Assembly (NCBI RefSeq): GCF_000743755.1
Contig: NW_014569480.1
Span: forward strand, 1 to 64,000
DNA length: 64,000 bases
From: Blastocystis sp. subtype 4
Lineage: Eukaryota
Reading direction: 5' to 3'
Each line of letters begins with the position of its first letter. Position 1 is the first letter of the stretch. The notes beneath the pieces are model-generated. The model ran no database searches. It worked only from the letters and a program-made list of their open reading frames with translations, and was not told the origin of the DNA. This document shows, piece after piece, positions 12,420-25,579 of the stretch. Position numbers and translations under genes: made by a program.

Positions 12420-14244
12420 ATGAGAACCTCTTTATTTGTTCCCTACTTCCTAGTAGTTTTGCTCTATGCTGAAACATACTTTATGGATGTAGATGACATT
12501 CCTGCTTACTATGATGACGATGATGTGGATGAGGATATAAGTCGTCCCGAATTTGAAAAGTTTATGGATCGGTTTGGAAATGATTATGGTTATAATGGTA
12601 CACTTGATGCCATCCGTCAGAGTGATTTGAAACGAACGAAAGGATCTGTATATCTTGACTACACTGGTTCTGGAGTTTATAGGGAGTCTCAAATTCGTAA
12701 ATGCAGTGACATGTGGTTATCGGGTTTCTATGGGAATGCACATAGTCGAAGTCCATCAAGTATGAATACAGAACATGAAGTAAAAAGAACACGACGTGTA
12801 TCAACTCTAGGTCGAGAATATGCGTACACGCATTCTCAAGTTTTTTAATGCATCCCCTCTGGAGTATTCTGTCATCTTTACGAGTGGTGCAACGGGTGCT
12901 TTACATACCGTTGGAGAGGTGTTCCCATGGAGTAAGGATTCAAAATTCTATTATCTAACGGAAGTATTTTGAACTTCATTTGTTGCACTGTAGAATCACA
13001 ACTCTGTTATAGGAATTCGTGGAATGCTTTTCCGATTTGGTGCTACGTTCCGTTCTGTAGATGAGGAGGAGATGCCTACAGATGATTCTTGTGTTCATGT
13101 TCATGAACAAGATGAAAAGGACTTTCTTGGACATACTGAACGTAATTTCACTTACAGTTTGTTCGCATTCCCTGCAGAAGATAATTTTGCTGGTGTTAAG
13201 TATCCATTGAGTTGGATTCAAAAGGTCCAAGAAGGGTACTTTCATGATGTTGAGATTGTTCCTTGAATCGAGTATAGGGAAACAAATGGCTTGTTTTGCT
13301 CGATGCAGCTGCATTCGTTCCAACTAACCGACTGGACCTTTCCAAATACAAACCCGATTTTGTCACCATGTCATTTTACAAGATGTTTGGATTTCCAACG
13401 GGTTTATCTTTTGTTACTGAGATTACGAGTAGGTTTAGGTGCACTTCTGATCCGGAATTCCAATGTTGGTATTTTGAACAAATTGTACTGGGGAGGTGGA
13501 ACTGTATCGATTGCTAGTGAAAAGGATGATTTCTGTTTATTCCATGTGGGTTGATGCGAACAGTTGATGATCGTAGGGAAGACCTTCCAGTCGATTTGAA
13601 GATGGGACCATAAATTTCCTCAATATCATGTGTCTAAAATATGGATTTGATTCTCTTGAAGAACTTGGAATGGATGCGATTAATCGTCATGTCTACGCAG
13701 TAACTCGTTATCTGTACGAGCAGCTAGAGGGGATTCGTCACAGGTACAAATGATGAAAAGAAGTTAGTGTTAGTAATGGTGAGCCTGTTGTGGAGATTTA
13801 TGGAAAACACACAGCTAACAATGAGGAGGTTCAAGGAGGAATTGTAGCATTCAGTTTGAAGCGGAGTGATGGATCGTATATTGGATATTATGATGTGAGT
13901 GGAGGTTGAAGAGAGAATAAGCAATAGATCCAAACAGAATCTGCAGCGAAGAATATCCATATTCGTACGGGATGTCATTGTAACCCGGGTGCTTGTCGGA
14001 AGTATTTGAAGCAACCTGATAATTTGTATAAAATGTAAGAAAAGTGATAGAGATATGAGAATAGTTTGGCTTCAGAGAAGGATTCTTGTTCAGATTCGTA
14101 TGATCAATATCAAGGTATCCCATTAGGAGGAAGTAAGATAGAATGGAAGTGAGTAAAGTGTAGTTCGTGCTTCAGTAGGATACTTAACGTCATTTAATGA
14201 TATTATGGCTCTAGTTGATTTTGTGAAAGATTACATAGATACTT
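12420..14244 (+). CDS. Molybdenum cofactor sulfurase-like PLP enzyme (NifS-like domain only) with a predicted signal peptide; stop predicted to be completed by polyadenylation
   Basis: [69 protein letters not shown]. In-frame T at 14244 + GGTA + TGTTTGTT. Confidence 0.85.
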
Positions 14245-14248
14245 GGTA

Positions 14249-14256
14249 TGTTTGTT
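14249..14256 (+). terminator. TGTTTGTT 3'-processing element
   Basis: Exact motif, 4 nt after the in-frame T at 14244. Confidence 0.8.
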
Positions 14257-14335
14257 ATCAAATTAGGATGGATACATTTGAGACATCAACCCATTTCAAC
14301 AAACACAACACATCAAAACAGCAACGCCATCAAAA

Positions 14336-17226
14336 CTACAGGAACTTCTTTAACGATGCAGGAAGAGTAGTTGGCGCACTGGCACCTTCACGGATCATCT
14401 TCAATACATACATAATCACCACAAATTGACCCAACTCTACAGGCCCTTTGTGTCCCTTCAAAACCATTTTCGTTACAGACTTCACAGTATCCTCTTCAAC
14501 ACCAGATTTCTTAAAACACTTAATGGCCAAAGCAGGAGCCATAGTCTCTTCACCATCAGTCTGCTGATCAAACATCTTCTTCAACTTTCCATAGGTATTC
14601 TTATCAATATTCCATTCTGATCCTTCTTCCTCTTCCTCTTCATCTCTACGAGCGGGTGCTTTTCCTGGTTTTCCTGCCTTTCCAGCCTTCTTCTTTCCTC
14701 CTAGAAGAGATTCCAATGGTTCTGGGACAGAAGAAGGTACATCTGAACCCTTACGAATCTGTTGCAAGATCACCATAATCACCACAAATTCACCACTCTG
14801 GATAGTCTTTGGTTGACCATTGCATACCATCTTCACCACATTACCAACATCTCTTGGTTTCACTTCACTCTTCACAAACGTTTTCATTGCCTTTCCAATA
14901 CTTACTTCTTCATTTCCCTCACTCAATTTCATGAAGCTATTTCGGAGCTTCTTTACCATTCCTTCATTCACACTCCATTCATCCTCACCCTTCTCCTTCA
15001 TCTCTGGCTCTTTCGATTCTTTCGCTGGCTTCTTTGCAGGCTTCACAGGAGTCTTCGCTGGTTTAGTTGAGACAGCAGTCGACACATTTGGCTTCGAAGA
15101 AGGACCTTTCAACACATAGTCCAACTCCTCTGGAATGGATTTGAACATGTTGTTTCCATCCTTAATTTTCTACCTCTCAATTCATATTCTTGCCCCTACC
15201 TTCAAAATATGCATGATCACCACAAACTCCATTAGATTCATCTTATCTCGTTTCTCACAGATTAACGTGACACTACACTCAATTCACATAACTCTCTCCT
15301 ACACTTCATTGATCAACTTCTCCTTCTGACCACTCTTTGCAAAGAGTTCGATTCCCTTTGCTACATCGTACAAGTCATTCTCAGTTCCCATCAGGAAGAA
15401 CTTCTTAAACTTCTGGTATACCTCTGGTGAAATTGACCATGGTCCTTCTGGAGCCTCCTTCTACCCATTATTCCTTCGTATCATCGTTACGATTCGCTTT
15501 TCACACTCTGTCTCACTAATTACACCACCCGGAGCCACTTCCGCACCCATTCCACTACTCTCCTCTGGAGGCATCTCCTCCTCTTCCTCTTCTTCAGGTT
15601 CCTCCTCACTCTCTGGTTCTACCCATGCCTGAGGTCGAGGCAATGTCACAGTACTGGATCCCTGACTGATAGCTGACAGCATACCCACCAGAATAGCTTG
15701 AGTAGAAGCCTTGATTCGACGAGAACTTACCAGCTTCTGCACAGCCTGGGTAAGCGTATCGAGATCCTGATCATCTACCTCAGGCATTGGAGGCTGCAAG
15801 TCAGGAGCCACATTCTAGATATGAAGAGAAACGAATGATTCAACCCAGGTGAATGGTTGAACAGCAGATCCTGCTTGAATAAGTGCATTCACAATAGACA
15901 CATCAGGAGTGATCTGTTTGTCCACAGGAGGGAGAGAACAAATCATACACAACGTATCCCAAGCACCATAAGCACGGGCAGCCAAGACCAGTTTTGCACA
16001 CTCAGCAGCTGAAGCAAATGCCAATTCAATCTCACGTTCACCCAAACGAAGAATTGCATGAGCAGGTTCAGTACGTACTGTGAACAATACTGCTTCAGAC
16101 CCATGTTCCTTCTTATATATCACACGACCTCCTTTCACCAATTGAACTCCCTTCTTATTGATTGTGATTGAATCTTCTCCATGTCGTCCTGCTTCTATTC
16201 ATTATCACTTCTTCCTCTCACTAACTAGATGACTCTTCTGCTGTTAACTCCGTCATAACTTGAACACTCATTGTCATGGCCCTCTTCTTCTTCAATAACT
16301 CTTGAATCTAATTCTAATCATTCTCTCATACACACACCTCATTCTCCAGATCCTGATTCACATGCACTGCGCCCACTTCCCATTCATTCACCACGCCCTT
16401 ATTGTGGATTGCTACTGATACCTTCTTTCCAGCATCTTCTGCAATAGGAGTGTACGTGGGGCCTGTTGCCACTAGTGTCCACTCCGAATTCTGATGAATT
16501 ATGGAATGACAAATATCCTTACTGAACGAGAAGCATACCAAGAGATAGTCGTTGCATCCGTCAAGCGGTAATTTGTCTCATGATATCGCATTTTGCCCAA
16601 AACACTAATCTACATTTGATGAAGCTCAACAAGACTACAGAAGAACCCACTGCCATGTCTCCTTCAAAATTCACTACAAGACGACCTCGAATGTTGCCAT
16701 CAGTAGCTGTTGCCAGATGACCTCTCATCAAACGGAGTTGTCCAATTGCATAGTCAACAGCATACTACAAAATGATGTCTTAAAGATAACAATCACGTCT
16801 AAAGTGGCAACAGAACTCTCATTGAGAAGACGGTTGCTTGTACACTTATCATTCGAAGTATTCTTTGCAGAACCACCAGATCCTTCTGATGCAACTTTCA
16901 CTCTATCCACAAAGCCGATCTTGGCAACACGCGCCTCAACCTTCTTAACGAACTTTGGCGAGACCGTAGCTCTATCACTCATACAAAATCCAAACGATAT
17001 ACGTTGCCTCAATGTAGTTACCAGCACGATCACGTTTAACTTCAAAACCATCCCATTCTAGGTCTACAAATTATGAGTTTCTCACTCAAAACAAACTTCC
17101 GATCTCCATACTGTCCATCATTTCTTGGACTTGCTCAATGCGACGTTGATCCTTAACATACACCTTGAAGACAAAGGAATCTATATCATTAATCACAACA
17201 TTCAAGATCCCACTCTCTTCACCCAT
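14336..17226 (-). CDS. Multidomain protein with an AIR9-like Ig-type repeat and three C-terminal EH-like domains separated by Lys/acidic linkers; spliced
   Basis: Three copies of the pattern W-x-I...F...(S)G...EFVVIM-IL..IR.G..P..P..L, plus TYTPIAEDAGKKVSV. ATG at 17226, TAG at 14336-14338. Confidence 0.6.
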
Positions 17227-17518
17227 TGGAACCTGTCTGTTAATGATAATTTAGGAGAAACGCAAGAAATCGCTAACGACACCACCTTGCTTGATTATCA
17301 AGAGAATGAAAACCACTGTACGGGTCAATACAATTCTCTCCTAATTGAATCAGGAAGATGTTGGTGATATTTCATACACAAGTGAGCTCTCAGAAAAATG
17401 GATCTATTACTGCGATTTTATTGTGATAATCCATACGAACCCACTTCCAAAATGACATATAAACGTGGATACAACAAGAAAACAAGGATCCAACTTCACA
17501 TTTGGCTTTTCAGTTCGT

Positions 17519-17526
17519 AACAAACA
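17519..17526 (-). terminator. TGTTTGTT 3'-processing element of PRP8
   Basis: Exact motif, 4 nt after the in-frame T at 17531. Confidence 0.8.
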
Positions 17527-17530
17527 GACC

Positions 17531-20500
17531 AATTAAAAGCGTCATCTCGTTCTTCTACATTATTACGACTTGCATCAGGTCTCTCCACTTGATCCATATT
17601 ACTAAAACTCAAGAAATGTTCAGGACGATGAATCTACATATCAATGTATTCCCTTCATGCTTACAGGATCATAATACTCCTTCGGGACATCTGGTGTCAC
17701 ATCATACCCATCTCCTACACGGAATTGCGTACCTCGGAAGTTATAGTTCCAACTATTCTCTGCAGGAACCAAGAAACTGCCCAAGAACTTATTACTGAAG
17801 ATGACAGGACATCCATGGTACATCGTATTCTCATCAAATCCCAAATCAGAGGCTCCTTGATCCTTACAAGCTCTACCCCAATCATATCCTTCTTTGGTGA
17901 GATTGTAACCAGACACAGCCACTGATCCAGGAATAAATGAACAGGTGATAACTGAGGTCTTCTTTCCATCCCATTCACTATGCAGATCCAACATATGAGC
18001 ATGAATGAATGCATCTCGTGTTGACAAACGATGAAGATCACTCGGTTGTGTATGAATCCAACCCAGAGGCTCCAAACCCTCTAACAGATCATGCTCAGGA
18101 AGAGAATCAGGCAATTGGACACATTGAGAACTGCCCATTTGAGGAGGCAATACAATAATTCGTACCTCCTTGATACGAGGATCATCAGCGAGAGACACAC
18201 CATACATCAATCCAGCAATCTGGACTCGAAGATCACTGATAGTAATGAACTTCCTCACCAGATTCAGAGGCAGCACATAAGTGTTGTCACCTTCCAGACA
18301 TGGTGTTGCTGTTAACTGCTTCACACGCATTGCCAAGTTTCCTGCTGATACTGCTCGTGTTCTCCAGTCTGTACGAGAGGCGAAGGTCTGTTGCTCATAT
18401 TGTGATGTTGTCGTCACAGTCATCTCCTCACCCAACACATTTGTCGATCGTGTGGTCACTGACACTAACTTCGACTGATCTCGTTGCTGTGACTCGATCT
18501 CTGCAATCTGTTGACGTTGTTGTGAAGGAGCTGCAATAGGCATGCCCAGAATGATATCACGAATCTCAGACTGAGTTAGTGAAGTCACAGACACATTGTT
18601 CTGCTTGCTGTAGTATGAGAGTACGAGATCTGTCAGTTGATGTTCCACCTCTACCCACTGCTCAGGAGTGAATGTAGGCCAGATATGATTTGGTTGAGTG
18701 ATAGTGTTCACAGTAGGACGCAAAATCGCATTCGTCTGAACAGGATTCGTTCCCATCGCACGAAGAATCAGAATCAATCGACTGAAAGCAGTATAGGAAG
18801 AGATTGTCTCCAACCAATCATCATACAAATTAAACAGATCATTGCTAGGACCTGTAGCCTTCAACACATGATCAGCAATCTTCTCAACCTTTGCTAAGGC
18901 AGCAAACGGTAGTTGCATCTCACTGTTCTTCAAAACACAGTTCGGGAAATCCACCATCTGACTCTGTACAGCATCCATCAAATTCTTTCTGGTTACAATG
19001 ATTTGACGAGGCTGCTCTTCTACTGGCATACTCTTGATAATTGCTGTTAACTCTTCAGCCGTCTTCCACTTGGCCAGTTGAGTGAGACGCTTCTGACCTG
19101 CCCACACGGACGTATGAATCACTTTCAGGAACAACTGTCCTGTTCGAGGATTGATAATGGAGATAAATCCATTCATAGGCTTTGTTGTGACGTTTCCTTC
19201 AAAAGTATGATGCATTGTCACACGATACACATTCGTATCATCCACAAACCATGTGATCTGATTACTGAACAATTCATTGTAATTCTGACTACTCAACATT
19301 GGTTCTGTAGGTTCTGATGAGTATAACTGAAGACCAGATCGAATACGATCTCGTAATACACTCAAAGCAGGATTCACTTTCATGATTTTGGCCATAGCTC
19401 GTTGAAGTACAAACTTGGATCCAGGGATATAGTGGCCAAACCCACTGTACATGTTATAAGCCAGATCAATACCCAGTAATGTTCCTGTGGGACTAGCATA
19501 GTTAGTCATTGAATCTGAGATGTATTCAAGGAACTTAGCTCGACAATACCTCTCAATGTCATGAGAGTCATAATCACCCCAACGAAGCTGAACATCAAAC
19601 CAATAAGCCTGTGTAGGTTGTTCTGTGAATTCATCCTTATCATCATGCAATAAGGATGGTTTACAAGTAGGCCAACGATGAGCTGCAGTCAACAGAATAT
19701 CAGATGATGAAGCATTCATCTTATAGGACTTTCGAGGATGAATTGTGAGCTTCTCAACACTTTGAATGGCCAAATTATCCAATTCCTGATCAAACACTTG
19801 ACACAGATCTGTTACAATGTTCTCATGGATCTTCTGCCAGAGATGAGCTCGGAAGATCTGAATAAGAGAAATCTTCAGTGTGGGAATCTTTCCATGCATG
19901 AAGATACCTGTCAGATCCAGTTGCACTTGGAAACCAACATAAACATTTGCTCGATTGATCGTTGGTGACCACCAGAGTGTGAAACGACGATTTGGAATCT
20001 GATTCAGACCACTTCGTTGAGCATTCGTAAGCTTCTTGTACTTCATTGATTCCTCAAAACCAGAAGCTTTCTCCCAGAATAAACCCTCCCATGTAGGGAA
20101 TGCAGTTGCCTTAAATAGTGTATGTTCAAGAATTGTCTCCACACCTCCAAGATGTTGAATCACATCGGTACGATAATTGTTAAGGTTCCATAGTCGACCA
20201 TCATGACTCTGATGTGTCCACCACATTTGATTATATCGCAATAGTGTATATTGCTTGAATACCAACCGGACACGATATCCCTTATCATATGCCAAGGTAT
20301 GACGATCCTTCTGGAATAGTGTATTGATACGAGGCAGACCCAATTCCCATGAATCACTCAGATCATCATACGTCAATCGACGATTCTTAGCATTGGCTTC
20401 TGCCTTCTTCAATGCATACTCAGCCCAAACAGCTTGTGATGATTCGAATTCTGATAACCATGGAGAGATGTATCGAGCTAAATTAGGAATTAGCTGATCT

Positions 20501-23500
20501 TCTTCGTGACTCATTCCATTACGGAAGTGTGTGATACCAACAGATGTCTGCTTGCTATATGTGAGATCACTTTGAGGAATTAGGATATGACCCATTGACA
20601 ACATGCCTAATCCTCCTAACTCCTTGGGTGTATAGAACACTACAGGTGGGAATCGACTCGGCATCTTGCTGTTAAGCCCAATTTTGATTCGAGTCTGAAT
20701 CTTGTTCTCACACTTCACAAGTAGATCTAACATTGGTTCAGTATTTATCACAGCCTCTCGGAAATAAGTCATTAAACCAATCAATGCAGTATTCCACTTA
20801 TTTGCCACTTTCGTAAAGGTGGTTCCTCCACTACTCATCAGAATCTGACGCACATGATTCTCGAACTGTTTCATACTATCATCATCCACACGTAAGAAGG
20901 CCATGGCCGTTTGTTCCTTCGTTGCTTCGTTCTGTAAAGGCCATACTCCATCACGAGCTTGGACTTGCTGTTCTCGTGGAGTTCGACACTTTGGTAGAAT
21001 ACGTACCTCAAATCCGCACATGTCAAACAGGAAATTTGGATTATCTTGAGAATACACACATACAAATGATTTCTCCCATTCAAAAGTGGTTAGACTTCGT
21101 GGTAATCGTGCCTTCATATTCCAGAACACAGCACGACCCAGATTCACATCATGCTTCATTAGTCGCATTCGACTGTCACGAGGCCAACACTTCTTATTCA
21201 CATATCCCACGATATTCTCATTATTAGGATCAGGATGTTCTGTAAGGAACCGTTGAATCAAATCCTTGGCTTCATCTGCAGTGAAACGGAATACAACATA
21301 CACCTTATCAACATAACGAGTATACAGTCGAATAGGATGTCGGATTTCTGTCTCTGTATCATGGAAACAACAATACTTATTAGGAAGTGAAGGAGGACCA
21401 GCTAATTCTGAAGCACGTTGCATTCCCAATAATAGTAAATCCAGAATAAGTCCATAATATTGGAATATGAATCCAGCAAACTGAAGTCCAGTAATGAGAC
21501 CATAGTGGTTGATATGCTCCATGTCCTTGAATGTGATCTTCACATTCGACTTCTTGCTCATATAGTCAGCAATGTTATGATCCACAATCAGACGTAGTAA
21601 ACGAGAAAGCAGTGTTGGATCCATCTTCTCATACACCTTATCAAGACTTGCTTCCATCAATACATTACATTCACCATTATCACAATTCCAGAAATCGGTC
21701 AGATTATTGATACCTTGACAGAACTTGTAGACAAGATATGGCTGTGGTTCTTCATCACTAGGTTTGATCCAATTGGGGAATAACTTCCGTTTGTCTGCTT
21801 CATACCACAAATACTGATCCAGATACGCATCTGTGATCTTCTCCAGAGGATCGATCTCGTAGACAGGAATAAGAGTGGAGAAGAGGTCAAGGAATTGAAG
21901 TGATACATCCTTGAATACATGCTGAGTAAGGAGATATCGCTTGATCTGTTGAAGTGTCTCATGTGGATTGTCAAAACCACGTTCAATCAAACCCAGTTCT
22001 TCACGTTGAAGTTGATTCATTCGACTATTGCTGTTGTAATTCTCACGTAATCGTTCCAAAGCCAAGGTTAAGAGCTTCGTATCATGTTTATACTGTGTAG
22101 GAGGGAAGGGAATAGGACTGAAGTGCCGACTCTCCAACCAGTTCACAGCTGTCTTATAGATGGCGATACCTTCCTCAACAGACACATATGGGCCATCCTT
22201 TAAGAAGTTCTGTTGACGCTCCTGCTCCTTCTTTAAGAACAGGCGAGTCAATCTACCCACATTCTTCTTACATACAGTCTTATCCACAGTAGCTCCTCGT
22301 CGGATCCTCTCACGATTATAATGTGCCACATTCGTCCACCAATCTGCTTTTGCTTTGACATATCGTAGAATGAGAGCTTCAATCGCAGGTGGCATACCAG
22401 GAATAGACCATGGAATATTTGCCTTCCAGCATCGCCATGCTTCTGATAGATGTTGGAGAATTGTACGAGATTTATTCGCTTTGATTCCTTCAGGCATCAT
22501 ATCTAGAATGTCTTGCAACACAGCAGCACGCAACTCCAAATCATAATTCGATTCAACACGCTGTTTTGTGACTGTATGAGGAGTAGCATTCGAATGTCGA
22601 CCTTCAAACTGACGAGCTAACAGATTCTGAAGCCATCGCTCTAACAATGGAACAATACCACGTAGGAAGAAGAGCCATACACGCCATGAAGGGAACCAGA
22701 ATCCACATCCTGGTCCCTTGCCAACAGGTCCAGTGTTGAATCGATAATAAACCAAGTGCTTCAAATCCTTGCACATGCGGACTTGGCGCATCAAGCGATA
22801 CTTGTATCGGTACATACCTGTCAACTGACCAATGTGAGCAAAACAGTACTGCAGAGCATCTGCAAGTTGATATGAATCGATATTCCCCAAGCGGAACTGC
22901 ACGTTACAATCCACAATGATTTTGGTGAGTCGAAGAATCTCTCGCGTCAAGTGGAATGCATTACCAAAACGAGATTTCTTTCGTTCCTTTGTCGTGAGTA
23001 CTTTGATTGGTTTTAGATTGAAGTTATAATCAAGATGGAGATAATTCAAACCTCGACGATGAATCAGCAGATTCAAAGTGTTGAAACCTTGACGAACCAC
23101 TTGTAAACCTGCTTCGACCCAATCTTCCTCTGTAGTTTGGAAGAATTTGGTTGAGTGGAGACTACGGAGTAAATCACGACGCTTCTGAGCCTTAGGAGGT
23201 TTGTTGTGGAGTTGATTCATAACCCAGCCTTTGAGAAGTTTCTGATACGAGACTTTCACTTTGGTAGGGAGTTCATAGCTCACATGTTCACGATACCAAG
23301 TATTGACAAGAGGAACATCGAAGCAACGACGTGTACGACCTGAACGAAGATTGAATGGACTGCATTGTAGAGAGCTATACCTTCGGAGGTTGTTTCTGGG
23401 AGGTTAGAGTGTTATAGGAGAAGAGAAAGTACATCAATCATCATTCAATCAATCAGTCTCATTCATCACACTCATTCATCATATCATTCAATTGCATTGT

Positions 23501-24959
23501 AGAGAGCTATACCTTCGGAGGTTGTTTCTGGGAGGTTAGAGTGTTATAGGAGAAGAGAAAGTACATCAATCATCATTCAATCAATCAGTCTTATTCATCA
23601 CACTCATTCATCATATCTCAATCACACTAGTCAATCATACTCATTACACTAATCAACAACATCCACTCATCATTCAATCTCACTCACCTGTATACAAAGG
23701 AGCTCCTGATAAGATTGGGAATACACCATCAGGCAACTTGAAATCTCCTTCATCCAAATCCACTTCCTACACCTCATTCTTCTCTTCATCTCTTACTACT
23801 ACACTATGAGCATGTTCACTATAAAAAGCAGGAATTGGGTTAATAATTGGATCGAAATAGAAGGCAGGTTGATCAGGATCATCTGATTTGATATAAGCTG
23901 AAGCAGGATAATGATAGAATGGAATTGCTACATGACGAGTTCTCTCATTATACATATAGGGATACGCAATACGATACTCTGTACGAAGAGGATTACGAAG
24001 AATAATCTTATTCACATCATTGAACTCATTCCAATCTTCATCAACTTCCTATTCATTATTCATTCCAATTCATTCATACAATGTCCTTATCAAGAGGCTC
24101 ATATTTTGGTCCTCCAGGAATAGCCACATTTAATGCTTTTGCTGTGAAGAATGACTTCTTATCAAAGAGATAGAAATAGTTCTGATCTTGAATATCTGAC
24201 AGGAGTTGATTTGACAAACGATACAGATTACCCATAATTGCAATCGACAGATGCCACTTCCGATAAGAAGGACCATTCGTATAACGACGATCCTCTGATA
24301 GAGGACGATGATCGTATAGCCATTCGATTACAGCTGCATCATCTTCAGGATCCAAATCACGCATTTGAATAGCATCTGTTGGTTCCACATCCAGAATATT
24401 GTCTCCATAGTCCAAAGGAGGTTCTTCATCATCGAATGGAGGGAATCGCATTCGCTTGAAGTTACGACGATCTCGCTTCTCCTTTCGCATCATCACCCAC
24501 ATTGTTGACCACTGGGCAATAAACACAGGTTCAATTACCATCGGGACTTCATTCACCAATGTAATCGCTCCAGTAGTGTGATACAATACTCTCACTATAC
24601 GAACCTGTTCCCATGGCATAGGCATGTTTTCAAGCAATTTTAGAATTGCATGAGGCATAAATCTACTTATTATTCTTCACAGATAACGAAGACTTTAGAG
24701 CACCCAGATAGATTCGCTTATCATTCCGAAACTTGCGAGATGACATATCTCCATGATCTTTAACAATCTTTCGAAGCTGTTCAACAGGCATGTCGCTGTT
24801 TTGCATACTCACTAATCGTCCTTTTGTTTCCTGTTTGAACTTCTTCACTCGTTTCTGCTGCCATTTCCGAGCGCGAGTCTTTAAAGCTTCGTCCAGTTGT
24901 TCCTGCTGTTCCAACTCGATTTGCTTCTGAATAAACTCATCATCTTCGACAACTTCCAT
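17531..24959 (-). CDS. PRPF8: Pre-mRNA splicing factor 8; spliced; apparent frameshift near 23360; stop predicted to be completed by polyadenylation
   Basis: Near-universal PRP8 sequence ([50 protein letters not shown]). Last exon reads [10 protein letters not shown]...RDDAFN + T. Confidence 0.98.
23361..23617. repeat. Tandem duplication (period 132 bp; ~125-bp copies, one mismatch) spanning a PRP8 intron 3' end and a short exon segment
   Basis: Copies at 23361-23485 and 23493-23617. Confidence 0.95.
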
Positions 24960-25084
24960 ATTCTTGATTATAGAATTTCAAATGTCAAAGCAACGAGTAT
25001 TTGAAAAGAATAGATGAACACGGTGGAATACTGAAATTGGCTGATTCCCATTCCGTCGTGGATCAAATCAAGTCATTTTCTCGA

Positions 25085-25501
25085 ATGCAGCGGAGAGATA
25101 GGCATCGAAACGCTGACGAGTGGATCTCCTTAGTTGCCTGTAAAGTTCAACCATCTCCCAAGGATGTTGATGTCAAACGAGAGTCTTATTATGATGAGTA
25201 TCCATATCCGCGTATTTATCCTGACATGCTTCCACCTGATTATCCTGCTATTCTATCATTGTTTATGAATGTGATTTCAATTGTATGGAATGTATTTGAA
25301 TGAGATAGATATGATCCGCAGAACAAATTTGCTTCATGGTTGGGTTCTGCCTTTCTCTTCACTTGCTTTGCTGACCTGAAATTCAATGAGATCGATTACA
25401 CACAGGTGTTCGTATCTATTATGTAGATTTTGAACAGATTTGTGAATGATAGATTTCAAATACTCTCTTTTGTGCGTGCTTTTATCCTCTCAGATCAATA
25501 A
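25085..25501 (+). CDS. WDR83OS: Asterix / PAT10 (PAT complex subunit, UPF0139); spliced
   Basis: LPPDYPAILSLFMNVISIVWNNKFASWLGSAFLFTCFAD...QVFVSII matches the Asterix pattern PDY..LG.....KW.AW......SFAN. Confidence 0.75.
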
Positions 25502-25579
25502 TGTGATATCAAAGTGAAAATATAGTTGTTATATGGCGATTCCATAGTTTTGAATTGTTGTTTCTCTAACAAATATTCA

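Noticed and set aside
20040..20100. Possible PRP8 intein
   Set aside because: The usual insertion site [11 protein letters not shown] is uninterrupted.
23400..23687. Box C/D snoRNA in the long PRP8 intron
   Set aside because: RTGATGA and CTGA matches arise from TGA/GAT low complexity; no terminal stem or guide sequence was recognised.
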